A program made the position numbers and the translations under genes. A stretch of 64,000 nt of DNA from a phage. The notes under the pieces were generated by a model, which did no database searches, was not told the DNA's origin, and saw only the letters and a program-made list of their open reading frames with translations. Location: the sequence record PV805632.1. The stretch is one strand, 5' to 3'. Within the stretch, counting starts at the first letter, position 1. Every line of letters begins with the position of its first letter. Of this stretch, positions 38,961-50,184 are shown piece by piece.

Positions 38961-39443
38961 TTAACGGGTTAGTTTATTAGCTGCAATGTAAGCGTCAGCC
39001 GAAGACTGGTCACGGTTCTCTGCTGTAGCACGACTACGAGCACGGTCTTCCAGTGCAGTGTTATAAGACTTAATCTGATTATTCAGGTTAGTGTTAGTAA
39101 CGCTCTTAGCAAAGTTCAACTGGTTTTTGGCTAACTTGTTAGCCTGGAAACCGCCATAGATATTGGCTAAGGAACCAAGTGCATCCAGACCTAGTTGGAA
39201 GGTAGGAATGTTCATGCCCAATTGGTCAGTCAAGCCTGAATCGTTACCAGAACCAAACAAAGAACTATCCAAACTACCATTTAAAAAATCCATGCCAACT
39301 GTTTGTCCGGGCCGATAATTCATTGCCGGAGTACTAAAGTTTTGCTTCTGGTTGTTACCAGATAACCAGGACAAAGCCCCTGGCTGAAGGGTTTGGTTGC
39401 CTGTTAAGAATGACAAATCCATGGGGATTCTCCTGTTAAACAA
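38961..39443 (-). CDS. hypothetical virion protein
   Basis: 160-aa ORF in the structural operon. Confidence 0.45.
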   Translation of the reverse strand: MFNRRIPMDLSFLTGNQTLQPGALSWLSGNNQKQNFSTPAMNYRPGQTVGMDFLNGSLDSSLFGSGNDSGLTDQLGMNIPTFQLGLDALGSLANIYGGFQANKLAKNQLNFAKSVTNTNLNNQIKSYNTALEDRARSRATAENRDQSSADAYIAANKLTR

Positions 39444-41571
39444 GGTCTGTATTAAGAGTCATATCAGAGTAGCTGCCAATCATGTTTAAAGACATGTCAG
39501 CTATATCCGAACCAGTCATAAGAGTACGTGAGAGGAAAGAATCCAACGACTCCATTGACACAAATTGCATAGGGTCAATTACACCCTGCCCAGCAGTACC
39601 AAACATTTCTTCATACTGCTTATTGATTGCCATCATATCAGTATTGTACTGCTGCATTACATTCTCTGCTTTCTGAATAGTAGCAGCCGTAGATGCATTA
39701 ATATACTGGCTAATACCATTACCTACTGAACTGGTAAGCTGCATAATGTTCTGAGCATTCATCATTTCACCGGCTAAGGTAGATAAGGATGTACCAGTAG
39801 ACATAGCAGTACCAACGTTCATAGCCACCATTGAAGCAATAGCAGCAATGATAAAACCTAGCTTATCACCAAACAGAGAAGTGGATACTTTAGTGACAAT
39901 AGATATCATAATCATTGCAGCAATGGCGTTTGCTACAGCACCTACTATTACAGCAGCTAATCCAACAAAACCTAGCGATGCACCAACTGCACCATAAGCC
40001 CCAAGAATACCTGCACCACCAGCACTACCAGCACCCATAGTAAATACGGATATAACGACAGCAACTACAACAACCACAATCTTAAAGGCAGAGGACTGAT
40101 ACCACTTTTTCTTAACCTTTTTATATGAGTTCATTACTAAGTAAGAGCAGGCAGTAGATAACTGAGTGCTACGAACTAGTGACATTGAACGATAGATGTT
40201 GGTGTGCAGGGGAATAATGAATCCACTCTCTTCTGCATCACCCATTGCTTCAGCAACATCAATATTTACTGACTTATTTTTATATACCTTGTTGCTATGA
40301 TGAAGGCCCAATACCCTAAGTTTACGGTAGGTATTATTACCATCCTGCCAAAGCAACTCATATTCTTGCATAGTATAAAACGTAGGGGTAACTTCCAGCT
40401 TTTTGCTAGCACCAGCACGCATGTTCTTACGGGTAAGGGTTATATCCCCTGCATATCTGGCTCGAAGTTGTCCTTGTTTAGCACCAGCCCATGCTTCACC
40501 GGAATGGGTAGTTTCAAATACGTAGTTCCAACTAATAGTCATATCATACTTATAATGCTTACTACTATGCACCCTAAACTCCCGCTTAGGTATAACAGGG
40601 TATTCTGGCAGAGGTGGAGGTGTTCCAACAATTTGACCTTCCTGCCTGTTCCACCATTCCTCATATGCATCAACTGCATCATTTGCTGCCTGATAACCTG
40701 CAATCACTGCTTCCAGTGTAGGGTAGGTTGGATCAGGTGGAAATGCTTCAGTAGCCATCTGAAAGAAACGGTAGATGTATTCCTTAGCAGTATCTTCTGG
40801 AGTATTAAGAGATACACCGAATGTGCCATAGATGTATTGAATATCGCCTATGTCATCATTCTTCTTAAGCTCAGTCACTACTTTATCTAGCTTACCACCA
40901 GTAGCTTTATAGAGTGCCTTCTTACAGTGGGGGTAGATTGTGTCATTCTCTACCCATTGCTTATCATTCCTGATTGGAATAAATGGATAGAATCGGTTAT
41001 CAGTAGCCTCAGTTTCAAACAGTGAATCGAGTGTAGCGTTACCTGAGTTCTTCTTATAGATAAGCATCTTAGGTGTACCAACAGCAGTCATCTCAGTGTC
41101 AGTACGAGTAGTCTGGGATGAGTACTTACGAACCAGTGTCTCTGTGGTCGTGGTGATTGTATCTGTGCGAGTAACACCACCACCTAAATTAACTACATTA
41201 GTGGTTACAGTAGTACTGGATTGAACCTCACCGAACTTTCTATGAGTCATTACCCTATCAGATACAACTACAGTTACATCATCAGGCTTCTCAGTGAATC
41301 CTCTACGGTAAACCTTAACGTAAGAGTTCCAGTTATCCACACTTGGTACAGTAACAGTACTGTCTTCATATGGTCTACCATCAGAGTAAACAGAATGAAT
41401 CTGTATAGTCTTAGTAAGATTGGTTGTGTTAGCCGTCGTATTACTTGAGATGGTAGTCCATAACAGAGTAGACGGTAAGTCATTTTCGCTGTTATAGACA
41501 GTAGTCGGACCTACTACCGGTGGATTGGTAGCCGGGGACTTATAGAACGTGTAATCAGCATAGAGATACAA
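39436..41571 (-). CDS. virion structural protein, C-terminal part (likely one gene with 41514..42086)
   Basis: 711-aa ORF with TTG start and no RBS; its frame is open upstream to 41643 and overlaps the preceding ORF. Confidence 0.5.
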   Translation of the reverse strand: MYLYADYTFYKSPATNPPVVGPTTVYNSENDLPSTLLWTTISSNTTANTTNLTKTIQIHSVYSDGRPYEDSTVTVPSVDNWNSYVKVYRRGFTEKPDDVTVVVSDRVMTHRKFGEVQSSTTVTTNVVNLGGGVTRTDTITTTTETLVRKYSSQTTRTDTEMTAVGTPKMLIYKKNSGNATLDSLFETEATDNRFYPFIPIRNDKQWVENDTIYPHCKKALYKATGGKLDKVVTELKKNDDIGDIQYIYGTFGVSLNTPEDTAKEYIYRFFQMATEAFPPDPTYPTLEAVIAGYQAANDAVDAYEEWWNRQEGQIVGTPPPLPEYPVIPKREFRVHSSKHYKYDMTISWNYVFETTHSGEAWAGAKQGQLRARYAGDITLTRKNMRAGASKKLEVTPTFYTMQEYELLWQDGNNTYRKLRVLGLHHSNKVYKNKSVNIDVAEAMGDAEESGFIIPLHTNIYRSMSLVRSTQLSTACSYLVMNSYKKVKKKWYQSSAFKIVVVVVAVVISVFTMGAGSAGGAGILGAYGAVGASLGFVGLAAVIVGAVANAIAAMIMISIVTKVSTSLFGDKLGFIIAAIASMVAMNVGTAMSTGTSLSTLAGEMMNAQNIMQLTSSVGNGISQYINASTAATIQKAENVMQQYNTDMMAINKQYEEMFGTAGQGVIDPMQFVSMESLDSFLSRTLMTGSDIADMSLNMIGSYSDMTLNTDLV

Positions 41572-42086
41572 AGCACCTGGTTCAAAGTTAGTAGGTGTGA
41601 ATGTAATGGGGGAACTCCATCTAAGGAGGTCATAGTGATTACATTAGTATCTTCATCAATGTCTATGTCGAATCGTTCCATGATTCGACTTGGGGCATTC
41701 TCATAAAGATACTGATCACACCATTGCTCAAAGTCAGCAAAGCCAATCTCTGCTGCCTGAACATAGACAGATTCTCCAGCAGGTGGGGTAATTTGATCCT
41801 CTATAACAGTAGGGTCAATCTTAGCCAGTACACCTAACGAAGAACCTGCCATACCAACTTCTGAATCATAGTGATTCTTACTCCAGCTAGAAAACAGTCG
41901 CATACGTATACCAGGCCCCTTCAGATAACTATCAGAGATAGTGTCTGCCATAGTGAATCCTGTATCAGCAACAATCTTACCGATGACTACAGTCTTCATA
42001 TAGTTTGGACGCTTGTGTATATCCCCTGCCATGTTATAGACAGAGGATGCTACGTATACTTTGGTCTTACTACTGAATAAGCCCAT
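41514..42086 (-). CDS. virion structural protein, N-terminal part (possible frameshift at GGGGG 41607-41611)
   Basis: 190-aa ORF overlapping the 711-aa ORF by 58 nt in another frame. Confidence 0.45.
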   Translation of the reverse strand: MGLFSSKTKVYVASSVYNMAGDIHKRPNYMKTVVIGKIVADTGFTMADTISDSYLKGPGIRMRLFSSWSKNHYDSEVGMAGSSLGVLAKIDPTVIEDQITPPAGESVYVQAAEIGFADFEQWCDQYLYENAPSRIMERFDIDIDEDTNVITMTSLDGVPPLHSHLLTLNQVLCISMLITRSISPRLPIHR

Positions 42087-42087
42087 A

Positions 42088-42930
42088 TTAATTCAGCCCG
42101 TTGTTAATCTTCAGCTTGGACAAAATGGTATCAATACTTGCGTTGGTGAAACCATTAGGTGGGTTCAAGCCTTCATCAATAGTCTTCTGTGTAATCCATG
42201 CATCAGTAAACAGCTTAGATGCTTTAACTTCTGCATCACGTTGGTAAGAAGTAATCTGTTGAGAGTACAACTCTTTCTGCTTACCTACGGAACCCCTAAC
42301 GGCTGCACCGTCTGTACGAGTATCCAATGTCTGTGCACGTTGTGCCTCAGTCTGCTCAGTAATCAGTTTAAGCTGTTGAGGTAACATCTGGTTAGCATTA
42401 AACAATGCAGCACAGTATGTTTCAGACTCAGTAGCAATCTTCATCTTAGTGAGGGCATATTCACTTTTAGCAGACAGTGCCTGAATCTTAGCCAGCACAT
42501 ACTGAGCTTTAGAAGTAGCCAATGTAACACGAGCAGTAACAGCCTGAATCTGTGCCATAGCAGCAGCCCAGTATGCTTGGTCACGACCAAGTAAGAACTG
42601 AACAGCATTACTCATGCATGATTCCATCATGGCAATATAGGCTTTGGTATATTCACCACCAGTAATACGGTTAGCTTTAAACTCAGCTTTAAGATGGTTG
42701 TGTGCAGATTCCATTAAAGCATCAAACGTACCGCTACCACCCACTTCACGGGTAGTAAGTGATTCATTAGTTACTTTAGTAATAGCATCAAAGATTGGGG
42801 AATCATCTCCACCAGGGATATCCCATTCAGGACCAGACATATCAATGTCAGGGAGGGTAAAGTCATCACCCTTTGTTAACTCTTCTAGGAGTCGGTTAGC
42901 TTCTACCTCAGCAGAACAAGACATAATCAT
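42088..42930 (-). CDS. hypothetical virion protein
   Basis: 280-aa ORF in the structural operon. Confidence 0.45.
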   Translation of the reverse strand: MIMSCSAEVEANRLLEELTKGDDFTLPDIDMSGPEWDIPGGDDSPIFDAITKVTNESLTTREVGGSGTFDALMESAHNHLKAEFKANRITGGEYTKAYIAMMESCMSNAVQFLLGRDQAYWAAAMAQIQAVTARVTLATSKAQYVLAKIQALSAKSEYALTKMKIATESETYCAALFNANQMLPQQLKLITEQTEAQRAQTLDTRTDGAAVRGSVGKQKELYSQQITSYQRDAEVKASKLFTDAWITQKTIDEGLNPPNGFTNASIDTILSKLKINNGLN

Positions 42931-43000
42931 TCCTCTTGGTTCAAAAAGAAACGGCCCACGGAGTTACCCCAGTGAGCCGTGTTGAACTGTAGCTTATACG

Positions 43001-43642
43001 TTAATCGTTCAGGCTACCAGCAGCAATCTGTGCTTGAGCCAGTTGAGCCAATTCTGCTTCAGTCAGCGGAGGCAATACTTCAATGGAGAACTCACGTGCT
43101 TCTGTTGCACGGATATCCGGTAAGCCATTCTTACCTTTACGAGTCGTAATGTTGATGAACTTACGCTCTTTAAGGAACTCGTAGATACAGTACGGAATAT
43201 GATAACCATTGTCGGTGACTTCACCGAACGGAACAAACTTACGTACAGTACCCATATATTCGTTAGCTACGGTGATAATCTCACCCGGCAGGTCTTTCTT
43301 CTTAGGATCAAGGTTCTGGATACGTACACGAATCAGTCGAGTCTGCTCTGCACGAATCTTCTGACCCAGAGTCATCTTCTTAACACCAGCTTCCTGTTTT
43401 TCACCCAAAGGGTTAACAGCAGCTTCTTTTACTTCTGGTTCATCTTTTGCTTGTGCAGCTTCAATCTTCTCACGGAGTTTCTCAACGGAGATGTTGTTAG
43501 AGAACTTAATATTCATCAACGTTGCACGTTGCTTAAGAACCTCAAGTTCGCTAGGCATTGCAATATCGTTAACGGTATCTTCGTTGCCCTGTACGTCCAG
43601 TTCTACGCCAGTGGTCGGTTTATCGTTAATGCTCATGTTCAT
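43001..43642 (-). CDS. hypothetical virion protein
   Basis: 213-aa ORF downstream of the capsid gene. Confidence 0.45.
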   Translation of the reverse strand: MNMSINDKPTTGVELDVQGNEDTVNDIAMPSELEVLKQRATLMNIKFSNNISVEKLREKIEAAQAKDEPEVKEAAVNPLGEKQEAGVKKMTLGQKIRAEQTRLIRVRIQNLDPKKKDLPGEIITVANEYMGTVRKFVPFGEVTDNGYHIPYCIYEFLKERKFINITTRKGKNGLPDIRATEAREFSIEVLPPLTEAELAQLAQAQIAAGSLND

Positions 43643-43672
43643 ATTTCCTGTGGTTCAACTAGTTTTATTAAG

Positions 43673-43692
43673 AGGGGGACACTAGTCCCCCT
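43673..43692. terminator. hairpin downstream of the capsid gene (attenuator/terminator-like)
   Basis: AGGGGGAC-ACTA-GTCCCCCT (8-bp stem). Confidence 0.4.
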
Positions 43693-43709
43693 TATTTTAT
43701 TTAGGACTA

Positions 43710-44912
43710 TTACAGAGGAGCAACAGTCTTAATCAGAGCCAGACGTTCCGGACGTTTAACCAGGATACCGTAGTACCACTTGATGGAGCTGAAGCCAGTC
43801 TCACCATACGGGTCATTACGGTCAGCAGTTTCTCGACCAGGCATCTTAGTCATGATGGAGAACTTAACAGACTTACCATCAGTCTGGAAGCCAATGGTAG
43901 AGAAGGAGTCATCACCAACTACCAGCATCGGGAATACGTCGTAGTGTTCTTGACCACTAACCATAGAAGAACGGTAACCTGGGTTAGTAGAGACTTGAGC
44001 ACCAGCACCTGCCCAATGCAGCATCTCAGGAACCTGGATAATACGGAACTTGTCGATACAACCAATCTCACCATTCATCAGAGTACCAGCATCAGCATAG
44101 TGCTGAACCTCGATGAATGCTTTATTACCGAACAGATCTTTCATCGCTTTCAGTTCTGGAACCAGTTCAGAACCAACGTACATTACACGAGTACCACCAA
44201 GTACTTTGGTATCGGTAAGTTTAGAGCCAGTGATGATAGTAGTCTGAGTCGGAGTACGGTTCTCAGTAAGAATCTGGTCAAGACGCATCAGGTTCTTATA
44301 AGAAACTACAGACGGGGTAGCACCTTCACCAGTGATGGTAGCATCGGAGGTAGCAGCACCTGCATACAGTACAGTACCAGCAGCAGCCAACAGGTCTTTC
44401 TGGAGAACAGCTTCAGTCAGCTGTACAGCACCGTTCATCAGTTCGCGAGACAGGTGTTCTTTCAGTTGGTCATCAGAATCAAAGTCCAGGGACTCTTGAG
44501 TAAATTCGTAGAAGAAACCAAACTTATGAATGGAACCTTCACGAGACAGACGGGTAAAGCCTACACGGTTAACACGACCACCGTTCTCTGTCAGCAGAGG
44601 CAGTTTAGAGGTGATGTTACCAACGTCTCGGGAAGAACCATACAGGTTACCGTTAACGATGGTAGCACCATTAGCATCAATACCCTGGTCGTTGATGTTC
44701 TTATCGTCAAGCAGTGGAACGTACTCATACACCTTAACAGTCTTACCATAGTTCTTCGGCATGTTAATGGTGTTAGCCAGTGGCATGAAGTACTGGTCTT
44801 TACGGGACTGAATAATAGCTTTCTTCAGCCAGTAATAGGTATTCATCTGGTCGGAACCAGCACCATCAATGCTAGATTTCTGGCCGTCAATTGGGGCGTT
44901 ATAGTTTAACAT
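43710..44912 (-). CDS. putative major capsid protein
   Basis: 400 aa, between scaffold-like gene and terminator hairpin; size and position match the N4-type major capsid protein; not motif-verified. Confidence 0.6.
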   Translation of the reverse strand: MLNYNAPIDGQKSSIDGAGSDQMNTYYWLKKAIIQSRKDQYFMPLANTINMPKNYGKTVKVYEYVPLLDDKNINDQGIDANGATIVNGNLYGSSRDVGNITSKLPLLTENGGRVNRVGFTRLSREGSIHKFGFFYEFTQESLDFDSDDQLKEHLSRELMNGAVQLTEAVLQKDLLAAAGTVLYAGAATSDATITGEGATPSVVSYKNLMRLDQILTENRTPTQTTIITGSKLTDTKVLGGTRVMYVGSELVPELKAMKDLFGNKAFIEVQHYADAGTLMNGEIGCIDKFRIIQVPEMLHWAGAGAQVSTNPGYRSSMVSGQEHYDVFPMLVVGDDSFSTIGFQTDGKSVKFSIMTKMPGRETADRNDPYGETGFSSIKWYYGILVKRPERLALIKTVAPL

Positions 44913-44928
44913 ATCATCTTATTCCTGT

Positions 44929-46161
44929 TTAAAGACTACCCGGTACTGGGAGTTTAGCGAAATCTTCATCACTCATGGCGAGTGGGTTTACAATAGGTGT
45001 TGCTTTACGTGTAGCAGCCCGATTAAGGGAAGCTGCTTTAGCTTGCTCACTGTTAGCCAGAGTCTGCTTAGGTTGTGCTACTCGCACTACCGGCTGAACC
45101 ACTGGTTTAACTGCTTGTACCGGTTCTGGCTTAGCTACTCGGTTAAATGCCCCCTGCTGTGCAAGGAGGTTACCGACGTGGTTATAAGCCTGAATGAACG
45201 GAGTACCTACCGGAATCTGGCCTAACATCTGAAGACGGTTCACTTCGTTTGCAATGGTGTCATAAATACCATTCTCACGTTGTTCGTGAATAGTCTGGAG
45301 TAGGCCACGATTCTGGTAAAGAGCTTCTTTACTGGCAGCATCCCATGTCGAGCCGATAACACCTAATGTAGCTTGTCCTTCTTGAGTAGACTTTAAGTCG
45401 TCAATTTCGGTTGCAAAATCTGCTTCGGTGTCGGTAACACGGTGATTGCCACCCTGGTAGTTAATTTCCTCATCTGGGTTAAAGTCCAGAGGATCTGTAC
45501 CAGAGTCTTTGAGCAACTTCTTAATGGCTTCTGGATTCTTTTTATCCAGGTCAATCAGGAAGGAAAGTTTATCCTCATCCATTAAACCGTTGTTCTGTAA
45601 CATCAGCATTACCTTACGGTAAGGCTTCAGTTCTTGCATCTTACGAGTATAGTTAGCACCCATCTGCATCAGGCTAATGGCCTCCTCCGGTGAACGGGGA
45701 GTAATCACTTTGCCGTTAGCTTTAAAAGGAGCCATCAACTTCTCGTAACCTTCCTTATAGTTGAAGTCAGCAGGCAGACCTTCAGACTGTTTGCCTTCTT
45801 CTTTCTGTTCCTGGCCTAGTTCAGTAGTAGAAGGTTCAGCTTTAGTAATCGGCTCACCGTTACTATCAACTTCTGTGTCAACAACTTTATCAACAACTTT
45901 ATCATCAACTTTATCAGAAGTTAAAGAATTTGCTGAATCTTCTTCATCAGGTTCGGCTTCAGGGGGGGTTTCTTCGGTTGGTAGGTCTTCAACAGCAGGA
46001 GTGTCAACTTCTTCTTCAGGAGTCTGTACGCCGTTGGTTTCTGGGTTGTTCTGAGTGGAAGTATCTTCCTCAGCAATAATTGCTGGGGCTTCCATATTCA
46101 GAATCTCATCATCCGACATTGCGAGAATGTCGGAAGCTGTGGTTGCAGCTTCCGTAGTCAT
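44929..46161 (-). CDS. putative scaffolding protein (acidic, low-complexity N-terminus)
   Basis: 410-aa ORF directly upstream of the capsid gene; E/D/T-rich. Confidence 0.4.
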   Translation of the reverse strand: MTTEAATTASDILAMSDDEILNMEAPAIIAEEDTSTQNNPETNGVQTPEEEVDTPAVEDLPTEETPPEAEPDEEDSANSLTSDKVDDKVVDKVVDTEVDSNGEPITKAEPSTTELGQEQKEEGKQSEGLPADFNYKEGYEKLMAPFKANGKVITPRSPEEAISLMQMGANYTRKMQELKPYRKVMLMLQNNGLMDEDKLSFLIDLDKKNPEAIKKLLKDSGTDPLDFNPDEEINYQGGNHRVTDTEADFATEIDDLKSTQEGQATLGVIGSTWDAASKEALYQNRGLLQTIHEQRENGIYDTIANEVNRLQMLGQIPVGTPFIQAYNHVGNLLAQQGAFNRVAKPEPVQAVKPVVQPVVRVAQPKQTLANSEQAKAASLNRAATRKATPIVNPLAMSDEDFAKLPVPGSL

Positions 46162-46180
46162 AGGAAATATCTCCGGTTAA

Positions 46181-46525
46181 TTATTCGTCTTCAGGTTCAG
46201 CACGAACTGCGTCGAGTTCTTCTTCTACCTGTAGAATAACGTCAGCTTCGTTTTCGCCCATACGAATGGCAAGATCAAGCCAACGACGTAAGTGACCAGC
46301 AGCTTGAGCCATGTTCAATGCATCTGCACGGTTATTAGGTTCAAGCAGTGGGTCACCAGACTCTTGCACGTAACGTGCACAATCTTCCGTACAGAACTGG
46401 CGAAGAATTACTTTACGGAACAGTGGATTCTCCAGAAGTTTACGTACATCTTCTGCATGTGCAACTGCACCTTTAGCAGCTTCCAGTCGATGTTCCAGTC
46501 CAGCGATTGTTGATTCTTTACTCAT
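46181..46525 (-). CDS. hypothetical protein
   Basis: 114-aa ORF between portal and scaffold-like genes. Confidence 0.45.
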   Translation of the reverse strand: MSKESTIAGLEHRLEAAKGAVAHAEDVRKLLENPLFRKVILRQFCTEDCARYVQESGDPLLEPNNRADALNMAQAAGHLRRWLDLAIRMGENEADVILQVEEELDAVRAEPEDE

Positions 46526-46538
46526 GTGAAGGTCTGCC

Positions 46539-48809
46539 TTACAGGTTCATGCCAAGAGCCGATGCTGGGTCTTGGCTAGGGTCATAGTATTGGGAACTAA
46601 GTGAATAAGCTGGGTCTTGCTGAGCAGCTAAATCCCGTTCTGGTATAGAGTTCACGTTAGTCAAAGTATTATATCCAACAGCTGCAGATATGTTGGGGGT
46701 AGTTTCCCCTTCTTTAATAGGTGTTGTCAATGCCTTAGTTATCTGAAGGTTCTGGTTTCCTTGGGATTGTGCTTTTTGTTTTTCCATATCACGAGCATGT
46801 TTAGTACCAGATTCCTGTTCCAGATAATCCAGGTCTTTAAGGTCACCACTGGAAGCAGCCTCTTTAGCCTTAGCCATATTGAGTGCAATCTTACTTTGTA
46901 ACTCTTCATTCTCAAGCTGTGCTTTCTGAATTGCCAATTGCTTAAGCTGTTCTTCCATAGGGTCTGGCTGTGGTTGCCAGGTACGTAACTCATGAGCCAG
47001 GTCGGGCATACGTTTAAGTTCTGCAATCTTAGCTACGAGAGATAACGTAATAGTTTGGTCAACCGTATTACCCAATGTTTGAACCATGAAGCTCAAGTCC
47101 TGGGATTTCTGGTTATCAATTTCAGCAGTGTTGATATCAACCTCAATATCGAAGTTACCTTTAAGGTCTTCACGGTTAATCTCTACATACTGCTCGTTAG
47201 TAATACGTACTACTTCTTTCTCAGATAAGAACACAGCATTCATTGCACAAATCTTAGTACCAATGTCTGCCATGCCCTTAGCTAATCGGCGAAGGATTGC
47301 CATCTCACGTTTGGATGCTGCATCAAGTGCACCACGAATACCGGCAGCCACTTCCCCGTATGCTGAACCAGTTACACCACCAGAGAATGCTTTAACACCA
47401 GTTAATGATTCAGCTTCCTGGTTTTGCATCTGGGTCATTATTATTGCCGACTGAGGTAACTCAGGGAACTTATGTTCCATAATGGCCTGACTAGGATTAC
47501 CCTGCATTGGGTTGTATTCGTAGTCTTGCCCATCGTCATATCGACGACGGTTTAGTGTATCCAACATCCCTTTAGGATAACCACGTTGACCGTTTGCACT
47601 TCGACCTAACAGGTCAATCATCCCACGCATAGTTGCACCAAGAATTGCTTGGTTATCCCCTAACAGTTCAGCATCAGCTTCACCGAAGAGTTCGCGTTTA
47701 CGGGGCATGTAAGGAACAACTACTAAAGGTAATTTACCGTCAGGGAATGGGTTCCTCTCCATACGAATAAGAGTAGAACCAATCCAGGTAGCAACAATAG
47801 GTTCCAGAGAACCATCATCATTGATGTCGTAAAATCCCCAGTATTCGTAGGCAACAACTTTCTTACGAAGTGCATCCTTAAACTGAAAGTCACTTGGAGT
47901 CTTACTTTCATGGTCTGGGTCGGTCATAGGGCTAGAACTTTCCCAGTCAATCTTATCTAAATTGTGATAACGATCTTTGTTCTTCATGAGGTCTGCTTTG
48001 CATGTCTCAAAGGAGATAACTGCATACAGAGCCTTATCCAAATCACCGTTACAGCTTGGGTCAATAACTACGTTATTAGGGTTAAGCATTTCAACGGTAG
48101 GTCTGTTAACTAGTGCCTTCTCTACTTCTACTTCAGTAACTCCAGTCTGGATTGCATAGGTAGCTTCCCCAGTTTCATTAAAGTAGTTAACAGCTTCCTT
48201 AATATCTTCCGGCATTGTCTCATCGTACTCACGAGGATTCTCTGCCTGAAGCTGTAAAGCCTGTTGAAGAACATCTGCTTGTTCCTGGTTCTCGATTGGA
48301 TATAACTGGAAGACTGGTGTTTCTGTTTTAATCTTAACAGTCTTACGTTCCCAACCAATACGAGCAATACCAGTACCGTCATCTACAACACTGTGTACGT
48401 AATCATCCACCAGTTTTACTTTATTAAGCTGGGTACGAAATTGGTAGTTAAGAACTAATTCATTCTGTCGTGCAGCTAACTCATCCTCAAAAGTAACCGG
48501 AGTTACTTTAAAGAGCTTATTAGATGAGAGGAATGGCTCAGACAATGGAGCATATCGCCACTCTGCCTGACGGCGAACCAGTCTGGGTTGGACTTGTGAG
48601 CGTCCCTTAACCTTTGGGGGTTTAGCCTTACCTTTAACTTCCATCAGGTCATTCCACTCACGAATCTGAGCCATAATTGCATCGTGAGCAGGTTTAGCCG
48701 ATTCCAAATCACCCTTCAGTAATTGGATACTTGGTTCCTTCTTCCAGTCCGTTAGCTTCTCTGATTGAGCTGGGTCTGGTAAAGGCTTAAAAGTGTCTTG
48801 GTGTTCCAT
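46539..48809 (-). CDS. putative portal protein
   Basis: 756 aa; size and position (upstream of scaffold/capsid) match the N4-type portal; not motif-verified. Confidence 0.6.
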   Translation of the reverse strand: MEHQDTFKPLPDPAQSEKLTDWKKEPSIQLLKGDLESAKPAHDAIMAQIREWNDLMEVKGKAKPPKVKGRSQVQPRLVRRQAEWRYAPLSEPFLSSNKLFKVTPVTFEDELAARQNELVLNYQFRTQLNKVKLVDDYVHSVVDDGTGIARIGWERKTVKIKTETPVFQLYPIENQEQADVLQQALQLQAENPREYDETMPEDIKEAVNYFNETGEATYAIQTGVTEVEVEKALVNRPTVEMLNPNNVVIDPSCNGDLDKALYAVISFETCKADLMKNKDRYHNLDKIDWESSSPMTDPDHESKTPSDFQFKDALRKKVVAYEYWGFYDINDDGSLEPIVATWIGSTLIRMERNPFPDGKLPLVVVPYMPRKRELFGEADAELLGDNQAILGATMRGMIDLLGRSANGQRGYPKGMLDTLNRRRYDDGQDYEYNPMQGNPSQAIMEHKFPELPQSAIIMTQMQNQEAESLTGVKAFSGGVTGSAYGEVAAGIRGALDAASKREMAILRRLAKGMADIGTKICAMNAVFLSEKEVVRITNEQYVEINREDLKGNFDIEVDINTAEIDNQKSQDLSFMVQTLGNTVDQTITLSLVAKIAELKRMPDLAHELRTWQPQPDPMEEQLKQLAIQKAQLENEELQSKIALNMAKAKEAASSGDLKDLDYLEQESGTKHARDMEKQKAQSQGNQNLQITKALTTPIKEGETTPNISAAVGYNTLTNVNSIPERDLAAQQDPAYSLSSQYYDPSQDPASALGMNL

Positions 48810-48817
48810 AGTTAATC

Positions 48818-49345
48818 CTATTCAAAAAGTTTACGGTCAGCCTGAATTTGTTTACCCAACTCAATTAGTTGGTTGTCACGGAGTCTAACAGTTGCCCGGA
48901 GTTCTTCAACCAAACGTCTGCCTTCTTCAAGACTGTTGTCGAGTCTGGCTGCATGGCTTGCAAGACTTCTGCACTCAAGGGTTCCGGCTTCGGCTTGACG
49001 TTTATATACCGATGCTCGTCTTTCAGACTGTTGCATCCGGCTGTCGTAATCACTGCTAACGCGAGCAAGCTCGCTTGCGTAATTACTCTCAGCCGTCTGC
49101 AACCTAGAGGTGAGTATCCCGACTTCATAACTATGGTTTCTTTGGAGAGCATTGTATTTGTCCTGTATTTTTTGTGTTGCCTTCAGGTCTTCGGCTTTTT
49201 GGGCATCCCACTTCTTTTGAACAGTAGACTGTCCATTGGAATTGCCCCAAAAGTAAATGGTGGCCCCGAGGACCACCACCAGAAGATAAGGCCAACCTTT
49301 AGAGATTAGCATCTTCATTACATGCCTCCAGTGGTACATTACCAA
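48818..49345 (-). CDS. i-spanin (Rz-like): N-terminal TM helix plus periplasmic coiled coil
   Basis: TM segment [16 protein letters not shown], charged helical remainder; a later Met (49318 or 49312) may be the true start. Confidence 0.55.
   Translation of the reverse strand: MVMYHWRHVMKMLISKGWPYLLVVVLGATIYFWGNSNGQSTVQKKWDAQKAEDLKATQKIQDKYNALQRNHSYEVGILTSRLQTAESNYASELARVSSDYDSRMQQSERRASVYKRQAEAGTLECRSLASHAARLDNSLEEGRRLVEELRATVRLRDNQLIELGKQIQADRKLFE
48865..49128 (-). CDS. o-spanin (Rz1-like lipoprotein) embedded in another frame of the i-spanin gene
   Basis: signal peptide plus lipobox LAVITTAGC, Pro-rich mature part; fully embedded in 48818..49345. Confidence 0.5.
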   Translation of the reverse strand: MKSGYSPLGCRRLRVITQASLLALAVITTAGCNSLKDEHRYINVKPKPEPLSAEVLQAMQPDSTTVLKKADVWLKNSGQLLDSVTTN

Positions 49346-49934
49346 TTCGGTTAGCTACCCAACCATACGTAAAGTCTGGCATGTTCAATGAGGTGTAGTG
49401 GTTCAGTTGTTTAGCATCGAGTAACTTAATCATTACCTTACATGCTGCAACTTTGCCTCGTTTTTTCTGTAATGCTTTATATGCATTAACAGTACCTGCA
49501 CCGACTTTACCATCAACTTGTATTTTAGGGTAGTCTTTGCCATCACGGGACATTTCATTAAGAGATTGCTGCAACCACTTGGCTGGTCTGGTTACACCAG
49601 TGTTAACACCAGCATCAACCAGTTTGTGTGTTACAGCAGGAGATATATCAGCGAAGGCTACGAAGTTAGGCTTAATAACGTAGTCATCAATGTATATCTC
49701 AGCAGCCATCTCTTTAGATAAACCCTTCATGGAACCATCCCAACCATACTCAGTAGCCAGAACTTCTTTATGAGACTTAGCTACTGATTGGGTAATACCA
49801 TGATTAGTTTCCCCACCCGGGTCACGAGGATTGTTTACGTACCCTCCTTCCATATAGAACACTGCCCCCAGAATAGCAGCGATAACTCCTCCCACTGCAC
49901 CCCCTTTTGCAGCAAGTTTCTGTTTAGCTTTCAT
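49299..49934 (-). CDS. endolysin: GH108 N-acetylmuramidase with C-terminal peptidoglycan-binding domain, possible SAR N-terminus
   Basis: YMEGGYVNNPRDPGGETNHGIT matches the GH108 catalytic motif; Gly/Ala-rich hydrophobic N-terminus GGAVGGVIAAILGAVF. Confidence 0.8.
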   Translation of the reverse strand: MKAKQKLAAKGGAVGGVIAAILGAVFYMEGGYVNNPRDPGGETNHGITQSVAKSHKEVLATEYGWDGSMKGLSKEMAAEIYIDDYVIKPNFVAFADISPAVTHKLVDAGVNTGVTRPAKWLQQSLNEMSRDGKDYPKIQVDGKVGAGTVNAYKALQKKRGKVAACKVMIKLLDAKQLNHYTSLNMPDFTYGWVANRIGNVPLEACNEDANL

Positions 49935-50184
49935 GAGAATCTTCCTTTGGATGGAATCGTATTAGTCTGCCTACAATATTTAAGGCAAACAGTGCGATTG
50001 TAATACTGGAACCATGGGGAATATATTCAAGGATGTGACGTGGTAGTCCCGTCAACATTGGTTGGATAATATCTACTGTAGAAAACAGAATTAATCCAAA
50101 TGCACTAATCTGAACAGATGCCCACTTCCAGGACTTCTTCCAGTTAGGAACTAGCCCTATTTTTCTTTTTAGCTTGTGAACCAT
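49924..50184 (-). CDS. putative holin (two TM helices; possibly a pinholin if the endolysin is SAR-type)
   Basis: start taken at internal Met MVHKLKRK; two hydrophobic segments; directly upstream of endolysin. Confidence 0.45.
   Translation of the reverse strand: MVHKLKRKIGLVPNWKKSWKWASVQISAFGLILFSTVDIIQPMLTGLPRHILEYIPHGSSITIALFALNIVGRLIRFHPKEDSHES

Noticed and set aside
43199-44909. Plus-strand ORFs 43199..43732 and 43944..44909 (177 and 321 aa)
   Set aside because: Antisense to the capsid gene and its neighbour; translations are Ser/Thr/Leu-rich with no motifs; shadow ORFs.
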